DNA from: Endomicrobiales bacterium
GTDB taxonomy: Bacteria > Elusimicrobiota > Endomicrobiia > Endomicrobiales > JALOBY01
DNA length: 64,000 nt
Reading direction: 5' to 3'
NCBI GenBank assembly: GCA_963796955.1
Contig: CAWCNJ010000004.1
Span: 320,001-384,000 of the forward strand
Positions 18,192 through 27,837 of the stretch are shown one piece after another. Position 1 is the first letter of the stretch; every line of letters starts with the position of its first letter. A model generated the notes under the pieces. The model was not told the origin of the DNA and searched no databases. It was given only the letters and a program-made list of their open reading frames with translations. The position numbers were made by a program, and so were the translations under genes.

Positions 18192-20594
18192 ATGGCTGAG
18201 AAACTTAAGGATTACCGCAAAAAGCGTAATTTTTCAAAAACACCGGAACCCTCCGCGTCAAAGGCTGACGCCGGGGGTTTTCGTTTTGTGGTGCATAAGC
18301 ACAATGCGAGGAACCTTCATTATGACCTGCGGCTGGAGCATAACGGCGTTTTGAAAAGCTGGGCGATACCGAAAGGCATATCTTTTGATCCCGCACAAAA
18401 GCACCTGGCGGTGATGGTGGAAGACCATCCGTTCGATTACAAAGATTTTGAAGGTGTTATCCCGGAAGGCAATTACGGCGCCGGCGAAGTTATTATCTGG
18501 GATGAGGGGACGTACGCCCCGCTTGGTTATAACGGTACGGATCCCGCGGAAGGGGAAAAATTGATGGCGCAGGGCCTGGCGAAAGGGCATGTGACCGTTA
18601 TTTTCTCCGGCAAAAAGCTGAAAGGCGAATTTGCCCTGGTGCGGTTCAAAAGAGAAGATAACCAGTGGCTGATAATTAAGAAAGCCGATGAATATGCCAA
18701 TAGTCCCAACAGCGGCGATGAACGCTCCGCCCGTTCGGGCAAAACCATAGAAGACCTGAAAGAGGATCCGCCGGGAGACAGCAAGATGCCGGATTTCGTT
18801 GAGCCCATGCTCGCCACGCTTGTTGAAGAACCTTTCGACAGGCCGGGCTGGATATTTGAAGTTAAGTGGGACGGGTACCGCACGATCGCGATAATACACG
18901 AGGGTAAAACCAGACTTTTGTCGCGGAACGGAAAGGTGTACACCGGCGAATTTCCCGATATCGCTGCGGCACTGTCGCGTGGCCCCAACGCGATATACGA
19001 CGGTGAAATGGTAGTGCTGGATAAAGACGGACGTTCCGATTTTCAATTGCTGCAGGAATATTTGAAGACGGGTAAAGGGACCGCTGTCTATTATGTTTTT
19101 GATTGTCTGTATAAGGGCTCTGAAGACCTGCGCGCCTCGGCGCTTGAAGAACGCAGGAAGGTTCTGGAAAGCGTGCTGCCGGTTTCAAACATTGTGCGCC
19201 TGAGCGGTTACGTGGCTGCCAATGGGACGGGTTTTTATCGCGCCGCCGAACAAAATGCATTAGAAGGAATAATCGCGAAAAACTTAAAAAGCCGTTACCG
19301 TTCCGGAGAAAGATCTCGCGAGTGGCTGAAAATAAAGGCGCTTAGACAACAGGAGGCTATCGTCAGCGGCTTTACCGAGGGCCGCGCTTCGCGAAAATAT
19401 TTCGGGGCGCTGGTGCTGGGGGTATACCGCGACGGCACATTGTCTTTTGCCGGCCACGCCGGCGGCGGCTTCGACGACGCAGGGTTAAAAGAAATGTATG
19501 CAAAGCTTAAGCCGCTGATAACGGATAAGAGCCCTTTTGAGCATACGCCGAAAACCAATATGCCGGTTACCTGGGTGAAACCGGAACTGATCGTGGAAGT
19601 GAAATTCAGGGAGTGGACGACTGACGGGTTAATGCGCCAGCCCATAGTGCTGGGCCTGCGGGACGATAAGAACCCCGGTGATGTTGTGCAAGAAATGGCG
19701 GACAAGCAGTTTATTAAAACTAAAGCGGTACTGACACACCTTGAGAAGGTGTACTGGCCCGAAGAAGGATATACCAAAAAAGATGTTATAGATTACTATT
19801 GGCGCATGGCCGATTGCATGTTGCCGTACTTGAAGGACCGGCCGCAGTCGCTTAACCGCCACCCGAACGGTATTACCGGCGAGAATTTCTTTCAAAAAAA
19901 TATTGGAGATACAGCACCCCCCTGGGCCAGTACCGTTAAGGTGCCCATGGAGGAAAAAACCATCACGGCCCTGTTGTGCCAGGACCGGGACACCCTGATA
20001 TACATAGCGAACCTGGGCTGCATAGAGATAAATGTCTGGAGTTCCAGCGCCGGCAGCCTGGATAAACCCGATTACATGGTTTTTGATTTTGATCCGGTGG
20101 AAGTGCCGTTCTCTCGCGTGGTTGAGGCGGTGCTTGAGACGAAAAAAGTGCTGGACGATCTGGGCGCGCCCGCGTTTTGCAAGACCACCGGCGGCAAGGG
20201 TATGCATATATATGTACCGGTAAAGCCGGGTTACGATTATGAGCAGACCAAGAACGCGGCCAATCTTATCGGTATGGCGGTAAAACGCCGTCTGCCGGCT
20301 CTGGTAAGCCTTGAAAGAATGCCGGCCAAACGAAAGGGTAAGGTGTATATGGATTACCTGCAAAACCATTGCGGGGCGACCATGGCCGCGCCCTATTCCC
20401 TGCGGCCGAGGGAAGGCGCGAAAGTTTCTACGCCGCTTGATTGGAAAGAGGTTACTTCCAGGCTTGATCCCGCCGACTACAATATTAAGACCATGCTCAA
20501 ACGCGTGGAGGAAAAAGGCGACCTGTGGAAGGGTTTATTCAAGAAAAATCTGGACCTGAAAAAGGCGCTTGACACATTACAAAAATTGCTATAA
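18192..20594 (+). CDS. ligD: DNA ligase D (phosphoesterase-ligase-polymerase)
   Basis: HYDLRLE (PE), EVKWDGYR (ligase), FDFDP and KTTGGKGMH (polymerase). Confidence 0.95.
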   Translation: MAEKLKDYRKKRNFSKTPEPSASKADAGGFRFVVHKHNARNLHYDLRLEHNGVLKSWAIPKGISFDPAQKHLAVMVEDHPFDYKDFEGVIPEGNYGAGEVIIWDEGTYAPLGYNGTDPAEGEKLMAQGLAKGHVTVIFSGKKLKGEFALVRFKREDNQWLIIKKADEYANSPNSGDERSARSGKTIEDLKEDPPGDSKMPDFVEPMLATLVEEPFDRPGWIFEVKWDGYRTIAIIHEGKTRLLSRNGKVYTGEFPDIAAALSRGPNAIYDGEMVVLDKDGRSDFQLLQEYLKTGKGTAVYYVFDCLYKGSEDLRASALEERRKVLESVLPVSNIVRLSGYVAANGTGFYRAAEQNALEGIIAKNLKSRYRSGERSREWLKIKALRQQEAIVSGFTEGRASRKYFGALVLGVYRDGTLSFAGHAGGGFDDAGLKEMYAKLKPLITDKSPFEHTPKTNMPVTWVKPELIVEVKFREWTTDGLMRQPIVLGLRDDKNPGDVVQEMADKQFIKTKAVLTHLEKVYWPEEGYTKKDVIDYYWRMADCMLPYLKDRPQSLNRHPNGITGENFFQKNIGDTAPPWASTVKVPMEEKTITALLCQDRDTLIYIANLGCIEINVWSSSAGSLDKPDYMVFDFDPVEVPFSRVVEAVLETKKVLDDLGAPAFCKTTGGKGMHIYVPVKPGYDYEQTKNAANLIGMAVKRRLPALVSLERMPAKRKGKVYMDYLQNHCGATMAAPYSLRPREGAKVSTPLDWKEVTSRLDPADYNIKTMLKRVEEKGDLWKGLFKKNLDLKKALDTLQKLL

Positions 20595-20595
20595 T
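20569..20595 (+). promoter_or_regulatory. Extended -10 promoter inside the ligD 3' end, probably driving the tat operon
   Basis: TGCTATAAT at 20587-20595; TTGACA at 20569 with a short 15-bp spacer. Confidence 0.45.
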
Positions 20596-20628
20596 ATCGA
20601 TGTAATTGAATGTTGCACAGGAGGCACC

Positions 20629-20814
20629 ATGTTCGGCTTAGGATTTCAGGAAATACTTTTATTGCTGGTTATCGCCTTGTTGTTGTTCGGCTCAAAACGC
20701 CTGCCGGAAGTGGGCCGTTCTTTCGGTACCGCCATACGCGAATTCAAGAAAGCGATGAGCGGTGAAGAAGAAGAGAAAAAAGAAACGGCTGTTCCGGGCG
20801 ATGACAAAAAATAA
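20629..20814 (+). CDS. tatA: Twin-arginine translocase TatA
   Basis: MFGLGFQE...LLFGSKRLPEVGRSFG.AIREFKKA; AGGAGG RBS. Confidence 0.95.
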   Translation: MFGLGFQEILLLLVIALLLFGSKRLPEVGRSFGTAIREFKKAMSGEEEEKKETAVPGDDKK

Positions 20815-21562
20815 TTTAGCATTGTTAATGCCGTTGACGGATCATCTTGAAGAGCTGCGCAGCCGTCTTATCTGGTGCCTTGTCGCGATATGCGTGTGCA
20901 CGATAGCCGGGTTTTATGGTGTCACGCACGTGGTCGGCTATTTGAAGGCCGCGGGGGGCGTAAAAGACGCCCTGATAGCGATAAAGCCTGTTGAGGTCGT
21001 TTCGGTTTACGTCAAGATAGCGCTTTCCATAGGCACCTTGCTTGCAAGCCCGGTCATCGCCTGGCATGCCTGGCGGTTTATAGCGCCGGGGTTAAGTGAA
21101 CAGCTGCGTAAATACCTGCCGCTGTGGATCATTTCGATCGTAGCGCTTTTTATGTCGGGCATCGCTTTTGCCTTGTTCGTTTTGATACCCACCGCCTATG
21201 TGTTTTTGATCAACCTGACCCGCTCCCTTGCTGAGCCTATGATCACTCTGAATAGCTATATCTCGTTCATTCTGGCTATGATGCTGGCGAGCGGCATTGT
21301 TTTTGAGATGCCGGCGCTGGCTTTCGCGCTCGCACAGGCCGGGATCATTAACGCCTCTATGATGAGGGCGCACCGCCGCGAGGCTATCTTCGGGCTGGCG
21401 GTAGCCGCGGCCGTTATCACACCGACGACGGATATATTTAATATGCTTATATTCCTTGCGCCGATGCTGGCCCTGTACGAGATCAGTATTTTGGTGGTCG
21501 CGCGCGTCGGGCGGCAAAGGCCGGTAACAGGAGGGGATTATGGATATCAACAAAATGACTGA
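20801..21562 (+). CDS. tatC: Twin-arginine translocase TatC (atypical at the Glu103-equivalent position)
   Basis: LTDHLEELRSRL, WRFIAPGL, FEMP, ITPTTD, LYEIS. Confidence 0.93.
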   Translation: MTKNNLALLMPLTDHLEELRSRLIWCLVAICVCTIAGFYGVTHVVGYLKAAGGVKDALIAIKPVEVVSVYVKIALSIGTLLASPVIAWHAWRFIAPGLSEQLRKYLPLWIISIVALFMSGIAFALFVLIPTAYVFLINLTRSLAEPMITLNSYISFILAMMLASGIVFEMPALAFALAQAGIINASMMRAHRREAIFGLAVAAAVITPTTDIFNMLIFLAPMLALYEISILVVARVGRQRPVTGGDYGYQQND

Positions 21563-22529
21563 CAAACTGGCTGAGGTTCTTAAAGCCCGTTTCTCTCGCG
21601 GCTCGTTCCTGAAATTTGCCGCCGTGACCTTCGGCTCTCTTGCCGTACCACCCATGTTCAAACGAAAAGGCCTGCTGCACGCGGCGACGACCCTTGACCC
21701 GCGCCCTAAAAAGAATATCGCTACCGCATGCGCCCTTGCGGTGGCTAACCATGCGGACCCGGCCGCCGGCACGCGCGCGGCGGTTAACGCTCTCGGCGGC
21801 ATGAAGCTGTTCGTTAAAAAAGGCGATACCGTCGTTGTAAAACCGAACATCGGCTGGGACCGCGCCCCTGAATTTGCCGCCAACACCAATCCCGCGGTCG
21901 TTGAGACACTGGTGAGAATGTGTTTTGAGTCAGGCGCGAAGGTGGTAAAAGTCTTTGATTATACCTGTAACGATTCGCGCCGTACCTACGCGAACAGCGG
22001 AATAGCCGCGGCGGCGAAAAAAGCCGGCGCCGACGTATATTTTGTCGACGACTGGAAATTTTTCCCGGGCAAGTTCCCGGCGGGCGCCATGATGGCGGAC
22101 TGGCCGATCTACCGTGACGCCGTTGCCTGCGATTGTTTTATAAATGTACCGGTAGCCAAACATCACCGTCTGACCGATGTGACGCTTTCTATAAAGAATT
22201 TGATGGGAGTTTGTGGTTCCGGCAGGGGCCAGATGCACCAGGATATCGCCCCGAAGCTCGCCGAGGTGCTGGCCTTTATGCGGCCTGAACTGACGGTGAT
22301 AGACGCCTGCCGCATATTGCTGCGAAACGGCCCGACGGGCGGCAGCGTGGGGGATGTAAAGAAAATGGATACCTTCATCGCTTCCGCCGACCCGGTGCTC
22401 GCCGACGCCTACGCCGCCACGCTGTTCGGCCATAAACCGGGCGATATAGGCTACATCAAAGCCGCCGCCGACAAAGGCCTTGGCAGCCTGGACTTGAAAG
22501 CCGCTAATATCAAAAAGGTAACCGCGTAA
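21540..22529 (+). CDS. DUF362 Fe-S-associated protein with Tat-like signal
   Basis: VVVKPNIGWD, NTNP, INVPVAKHH, TLSIKNLMG, DPVLAD; N-terminal SRGSFLK plus hydrophobic stretch. Confidence 0.88.
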   Translation: MDINKMTDKLAEVLKARFSRGSFLKFAAVTFGSLAVPPMFKRKGLLHAATTLDPRPKKNIATACALAVANHADPAAGTRAAVNALGGMKLFVKKGDTVVVKPNIGWDRAPEFAANTNPAVVETLVRMCFESGAKVVKVFDYTCNDSRRTYANSGIAAAAKKAGADVYFVDDWKFFPGKFPAGAMMADWPIYRDAVACDCFINVPVAKHHRLTDVTLSIKNLMGVCGSGRGQMHQDIAPKLAEVLAFMRPELTVIDACRILLRNGPTGGSVGDVKKMDTFIASADPVLADAYAATLFGHKPGDIGYIKAAADKGLGSLDLKAANIKKVTA

Positions 22530-24049
22530 TGACCGTTGTCCGCCGGACTGTTCAGATACTGGTTTTTACCGCTTTTGCCGCCATCGTCTGGATGACCCGT
22601 TATCCGCTGAGCGTTCAGGTGAACCCTTCGCTGTTATTTAAAGCCGACCCGTTAATAATGACGATAACGTCCGTCGCGGAACGTGTGTTGCTGCCGGGCC
22701 TGTTGATCGCCGCAGCTATCCTTTTGCTGACGCTGCTGTTCGGCCGGGTCTTTTGCGGCTGGCTCTGTCCGCTGGGCTCGCTTTCCGACGGCGTCGCTTT
22801 CGTAACACGCCGCTTCCTTAAGCTTTTCCGCTTCAATTTGAAAGACCATCCCCTGCCCGCCGGGCTTTTCTTAAAATATATCCTGCTTGCCGCTATCGCG
22901 GCGCTTGCTGTGGCAGGTATCCAGTTCGTCTGGCTTTTTGATCCGCTGACAATAGTTGTGCGCAGCCTTTCCTTCAGCGTGATACCCTTAGCGAACCATA
23001 TTTTGGACTCGGTAAGCGCGGCGCTTATTCAGGCAGCGAATTTCTACCAGCCTCTCGATAATCTGTACCATGTCCTTAAAGAAGCCTTGTTCGATCCGCG
23101 CCGTCCGGTTTTTCCTCACGCGCCGGTAATCAGTATAATTTTCACCGCTATCCTGCTGCTGCCGTTCGTTGTGCGGCGGTTCTGGTGCCGTTACCTGTGC
23201 CCGCTGGGCGGTATGCTGGCCCTGGTCGCGAAATTCTCTTTCCTGAAACGCCATTCCACCGTCTGCGCCGGAAAATGCAGGTCCTGCAAGGATATTTGCC
23301 GCATGGGCGCCATCCGCGAAGACAATTCTTATATGCCCTCGGAATGCATTGTCTGCATGGACTGCGTGCGCTACTGTCCGTCGCAGAAAACTTCTTTCAA
23401 TTTTGGTGTGAATGCCGCGCTGCCCGCAAAAGCTGCACAAGACACTCAGGGGAATAAAGGTATGTCGCGCTCCCAGTTCATGGGCTGGGCAACGGCCTCG
23501 CTTGCCTTGCTGCTGCCGAAAGCCGCCCAGGCAGCCATTAAATATAAAAAGAGCACGGTCTTACGGCCGCCTGCCGCCTTGCCGGAGGCAGCGTTCGTAC
23601 AGCGTTGCGTACGGTGCGGTAACTGCATGAAAGTGTGCGTTACCAATTGCCTGCAGCCGGTGTTGCTGGAAAGCGGCCCCGAGGGCATCTGGACGCCTAA
23701 GATCAACGCAAAGATCGGTTACTGTGAGTACGGCTGCACGCTCTGCGGTCATGTGTGCCCGACCGGCGCTATACCGCCATTGAGCGTTGAGCAAAAAGCC
23801 CGCACCAAGATGGGCCTGGCAGAGATACTGCCCGATACCTGCATACCCTGGGCCACCGGGCAGGACTGCCTGGTTTGCGAAGAACACTGCCCAACGGCCC
23901 GAAAAGCCATACAGGTAAAAGAAATGAATCGGAACGGCAGGAAGGTATTGGTGCCCTACATTGATACAGAAGCTTGCGTCGGCTGCGCACTATGCGAGAA
24001 TGTCTGCCCCGCCTCACCGAAAGGTGTCGCTGTAAGGCCTTTCGCCTGA
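22529..24049 (+). CDS. Membrane polyferredoxin (NapH/MauN-like TM part fused to a MauM/NapG-like multi-4Fe-4S domain)
   Basis: GRVFCGWLCPLG, RFWCRYLCPLG, several CxxCxxCxxxC motifs, LRPP..L.E..F..RCVRCGNC. Confidence 0.9.
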   Translation: MTVVRRTVQILVFTAFAAIVWMTRYPLSVQVNPSLLFKADPLIMTITSVAERVLLPGLLIAAAILLLTLLFGRVFCGWLCPLGSLSDGVAFVTRRFLKLFRFNLKDHPLPAGLFLKYILLAAIAALAVAGIQFVWLFDPLTIVVRSLSFSVIPLANHILDSVSAALIQAANFYQPLDNLYHVLKEALFDPRRPVFPHAPVISIIFTAILLLPFVVRRFWCRYLCPLGGMLALVAKFSFLKRHSTVCAGKCRSCKDICRMGAIREDNSYMPSECIVCMDCVRYCPSQKTSFNFGVNAALPAKAAQDTQGNKGMSRSQFMGWATASLALLLPKAAQAAIKYKKSTVLRPPAALPEAAFVQRCVRCGNCMKVCVTNCLQPVLLESGPEGIWTPKINAKIGYCEYGCTLCGHVCPTGAIPPLSVEQKARTKMGLAEILPDTCIPWATGQDCLVCEEHCPTARKAIQVKEMNRNGRKVLVPYIDTEACVGCALCENVCPASPKGVAVRPFA

Positions 24050-24064
24050 TCAGGAAAAATAATC

Positions 24065-24877
24065 ATGTCATTTAAAGTTTGCGTTCTGGGAAGCGGCAGC
24101 AGCGGCAATTGCACGGTTGTCTGGACGGAAAAAGATGCGTTGCTGATCGATTGCGGCAGGCTCAGCTACCGTTATATTATTGAACAGCTCTACGCGATTG
24201 GCCTTCCCGCGAACCGCATTACCGGCATGGTGATAACCCATGCGCACACCGACCACATCGGCCGTAGCGCTGTGCGGCTTGCACAAGCATACTCCATCCC
24301 TATTTACCTTCACCAGAATATTTATAAAGATGTGGTCTCCGGCGGCAACGACTGCGGCCTGGATGCGTTGGACAAAAAGCTGGTGCGCTTCCATGCGGCT
24401 GAAAAGTTCGAGGTTGGCTCTCTGTCGGTGCATCCCTTTAAAACCTATCACGGCCTTGGTTCCGTTACCATGTCCCTCGGCTTTTGCGTTTCACACGAAG
24501 GCGCGAAGATATCTTACGTGACCGATTGCGGCAAAGTAGACGACATGATAGTGCGGGCCATGAGCGGCTCGCATGTGGCGGTCATAGAGGCAAACCACGA
24601 TATTGAGATGGTTAAAAAAAGTAAACGCCACTGGGCGGCAAAACAATGGGTGCTCAGCGATCAGGGCCATTTGAGCAACGAGGCCGCGGCCGAACTTATT
24701 AAATGCATCGGCGGCGGAAAAAGCCCCCTGCGCCACGTGCTGCTGGCGCACGTGAGCGAAGAGCACAATATTCTGGAAGGACTGATACAAGTTATCGCCG
24801 GACATATACAGAACGAGACCATTCAACTGCACGTTACCTACCACCACGCCCGCAGTGAAATAATCGAGATCAAGTAA
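24065..24877 (+). CDS. MBL-fold metallohydrolase (WalJ/YycJ-like)
   Basis: LGSGSSGN, THAHTDH, EANHD, GHLSN, LAHVS. Confidence 0.88.
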   Translation: MSFKVCVLGSGSSGNCTVVWTEKDALLIDCGRLSYRYIIEQLYAIGLPANRITGMVITHAHTDHIGRSAVRLAQAYSIPIYLHQNIYKDVVSGGNDCGLDALDKKLVRFHAAEKFEVGSLSVHPFKTYHGLGSVTMSLGFCVSHEGAKISYVTDCGKVDDMIVRAMSGSHVAVIEANHDIEMVKKSKRHWAAKQWVLSDQGHLSNEAAAELIKCIGGGKSPLRHVLLAHVSEEHNILEGLIQVIAGHIQNETIQLHVTYHHARSEIIEIK

Positions 24878-27291
24878 TGTATACCGTAAAAGTTTCCGTC
24901 GGAGACCTTATCACCTTCGTGCTGCAAAGCGGCGACATCGACAGCGGCTTTACCAGCAGCTCGCGCCTTGCGGAAGGTATATGGCACCATCAGGCGATCC
25001 AAAAGGCGAACAAACTTGCTTCCAACCGGGATAAGGTGTATACCGCCGAAGTAGGCGTCGCCTATGGGATAACACGTAAAGGAATCCGCCTGGAAGTGGG
25101 CGGCCGCATTGACGGTGTTTTTGATAAAGGCGGCGAGATAACGATACAGGAAATAAAATCCACCGCGCGCGAACTGCATGAGATCGATGAGGAAAGCTTT
25201 CCGCTGCACTGGGCGCAGGCCCAATGTTACGCCTATATGTACGGCCGCGAACACAAGAAAGATGCGGTTACGGTGCAGCTGGTATACTCCCAGCTGGATA
25301 CCAGGGACACCAGCGTTTTCGAGAAAAGATTTTTGTTCAGCGAGCTCGAAAACTTTTTTGTGCCCGTAGCCGAGTCTTATATCGAATGGGCACGGGTCTT
25401 AAAAGAATGGGCCAAGACCCGCAACGCCTCAATAAAAAATATGGCCTTCCCATTCGAAAGCTACCGCGAGGGCCAGCAGGAATTGGTTAACGGCGTCAGC
25501 GACGCCGTGCACTGCGGCAATCACCTGTTTGCCCAGGCACCCACCGGTATCGGCAAGACCATGGCAACGCTCTACCCCTCCATACAGGCTGTTGGGAAAA
25601 ACACTGTTTCGAAAATATTTTATGCTACCGCCAAGACCGTAACCCGCGCTGTCGCGCAAAAAGCCGTCGATACGCTGCAGCGTAAAGGCCTGCGCCTGAA
25701 AACCGTGACCATAACCGCCAAAGATAAGATCTGTTTTAACCCCGACGCCGAATGCAAACCTGAAGACTGCGAGTTCGCCAAAGGTTACTACGACCGCCTG
25801 CGCCCCGCCATAAAAGAACTCTTTGAGCAGGATGCCCTCGACCGGCCTGCCATAGAAGCGATGGCGCGAAAGCATTCTCTGTGCCCTTTTGAACTGACGC
25901 TTGATATGTCGCTGTGGGCGGACTGTATTATCTGCGACTACAACTATCTTTTCGATCCCCGGGTCTACCTGCGCCGTTTCTTCTCAGAGGAGGAACGCAG
26001 CGATGAGCGCGAATACGTTTTTTTAGTCGATGAAGCGCATAACCTGGTAGACCGTTCGCGCGAGATGTTCTCGGCCCAGCTTGCCCGCAACCTGATACTG
26101 AACGTGCAAAAGTCAGCCGGTAAACCAAGAAATGTTAAAGATGTTGGCCGTATGTTGAAGCTCAACAGGATCCTTGAGGGCCTTGCCTTTTTTATGGAAG
26201 AAGCCTCCGGCGCCTGCGGCCGCGAAGACGAAGCAGGCACTCGCCAGGATTTTGTGGTAAAAGAAGACGCCCCTTTTGAACTGGTGCCGATGTTAAAATC
26301 CTTTATAGTGGTAGCCGGCAAGATACTGGAAAAAACCAAGCCCTCCGTTTTCAGCGAAAAACTGCTGGAACTGTATTTTATCGCCCACAACTTCCTGCGC
26401 ACCGCCGAATATTTCGACCACCGTTACCGCTGCTATTATCAGGAAGCCGAGGGCGACTTTACCGTAAAACTTTTTTGCGTGGACCCATCGTATCTTATGA
26501 AGGAAGCTTTAGAACGCGCCCGCTGCGCCGTATTCTTCTCGGCAACGCTGACGCCCATCCCGTATTTTCAGGAACTGCTGGGCGGCGGCGAGAACGCCGA
26601 CCGCCTGAAACTGGGTTCGCCCTTCCCGAAGGAAAACCTGCGTGTGCTGGTAGACGACCGGGTGGCGACAACGTACCGCATGCGGGAATTCTCTTATGAT
26701 CGAATCGCCCGCGAGATCGCAGCGCTCTGCGCCGGCAAGGTAGGCAACTACATAGCCTATTTTCCGTCCTACAAATACATGAACGAGGTCCGCGGCCGCT
26801 TTATACAGGAAAACCCCGCCATTTCAGTTATCTCGCAGGGACAGGGCATGTCTGAAGCCGCCCGCAGCATTTTTCTTGAAGAATTTTCCCGCTACGGCGA
26901 AACAACGCTGGTAGGCTTCGCCGTAATGGGCGGCGTATTCGGCGAGGGCATAGACCTGGTAGGCGAACGCCTTTCAGGCGTTATCATCGTCGGCGTCGGC
27001 CTGCCGCAAATTTCTTTGGAACGCAACCTGATAAAAAATTATTTCCAGGAAAGCCACGAAGCCGGCTACGAATACGCCTACATATACCCCGGCATGAACA
27101 AAGTCCTGCAGGCCGCCGGCCGCGTTATCCGCACAGAAACCGACCGCGGCGTTATCCTGCTGATAGACGAACGCTTCGCCCGCCCACCCTACAGCGACCT
27201 GATCCCCGACCACTGGCACCCCCTGCACCACCTGAAAAACACCCCCAAAGGCCATACCCTGGAACTGGTACAAGAATTCTGGCGAGGGTGA
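24877..27291 (+). CDS. DinG/Rad3-family Fe-S helicase with N-terminal PD-(D/E)xK nuclease-like domain
   Basis: GRIDG...EIKST...QAQCY; APTGIGKT; Fe-S Cys residues; DEAHN; QAAGRVIR. Confidence 0.9.
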   Translation: MYTVKVSVGDLITFVLQSGDIDSGFTSSSRLAEGIWHHQAIQKANKLASNRDKVYTAEVGVAYGITRKGIRLEVGGRIDGVFDKGGEITIQEIKSTARELHEIDEESFPLHWAQAQCYAYMYGREHKKDAVTVQLVYSQLDTRDTSVFEKRFLFSELENFFVPVAESYIEWARVLKEWAKTRNASIKNMAFPFESYREGQQELVNGVSDAVHCGNHLFAQAPTGIGKTMATLYPSIQAVGKNTVSKIFYATAKTVTRAVAQKAVDTLQRKGLRLKTVTITAKDKICFNPDAECKPEDCEFAKGYYDRLRPAIKELFEQDALDRPAIEAMARKHSLCPFELTLDMSLWADCIICDYNYLFDPRVYLRRFFSEEERSDEREYVFLVDEAHNLVDRSREMFSAQLARNLILNVQKSAGKPRNVKDVGRMLKLNRILEGLAFFMEEASGACGREDEAGTRQDFVVKEDAPFELVPMLKSFIVVAGKILEKTKPSVFSEKLLELYFIAHNFLRTAEYFDHRYRCYYQEAEGDFTVKLFCVDPSYLMKEALERARCAVFFSATLTPIPYFQELLGGGENADRLKLGSPFPKENLRVLVDDRVATTYRMREFSYDRIAREIAALCAGKVGNYIAYFPSYKYMNEVRGRFIQENPAISVISQGQGMSEAARSIFLEEFSRYGETTLVGFAVMGGVFGEGIDLVGERLSGVIIVGVGLPQISLERNLIKNYFQESHEAGYEYAYIYPGMNKVLQAAGRVIRTETDRGVILLIDERFARPPYSDLIPDHWHPLHHLKNTPKGHTLELVQEFWRG

Positions 27292-27402
27292 GGTCTCCTT
27301 CAATCGGAGTGTTTTTGTCAGTAGATGGTTGAAAGCGGTGGATGACTTCCAGGGAGTTTAAGCTACAATATAATTACAGAATAAAAGTAAGAAGGGGGAA
27401 TT

Positions 27403-27837
27403 ATGAAAGGATCTGCAACGACCGAAAAAATAGATGTTGAGAGCGGAAAAAACCGGCTGGAGGCCAACAAAAAGCTGGTGCTGGCTTTTTATGACGGCGC
27501 GTTCAACCAGAGAGACCTCAGTGTGGCCGATACATACGTCTGGGACGATTACATACAGCATAATCCCATGGCGCGCACGGGGAAGGCCGGTTTTGTAGAG
27601 GCTATTGGCGGGATGCTTAAACAGTTCCCGAACATGAAGGTTACTTTTAAGGAAGTGGTAGCAGAGGGAAACCTGGTGGTGGTGCACGTATGGCTGCAGA
27701 CCGATACGACGAATACCGGCGACCGGGGTTCGGCTGTATTTGACATGTTCCGTATCAAAGACGGCAGGATCGCCGAGCACTGGGATGTTGTTCAGCCTAT
27801 CCCTGAAAACCCGGCCAACGCTAACGGCATGGTTTAA
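27403..27837 (+). CDS. SnoaL/NTF2-like protein
   Basis: NKKLV..FY, YIQHNP, AEGNLV, DMFR...IAEHWDV. Confidence 0.88.
   Translation: MKGSATTEKIDVESGKNRLEANKKLVLAFYDGAFNQRDLSVADTYVWDDYIQHNPMARTGKAGFVEAIGGMLKQFPNMKVTFKEVVAEGNLVVVHVWLQTDTTNTGDRGSAVFDMFRIKDGRIAEHWDVVQPIPENPANANGMV

Noticed and set aside
24877..27291. Cas4/CasDinG (type IV CRISPR) or defence helicase
   Set aside because: No cas genes or array nearby; nuclease-DinG fusions are a widespread housekeeping family.
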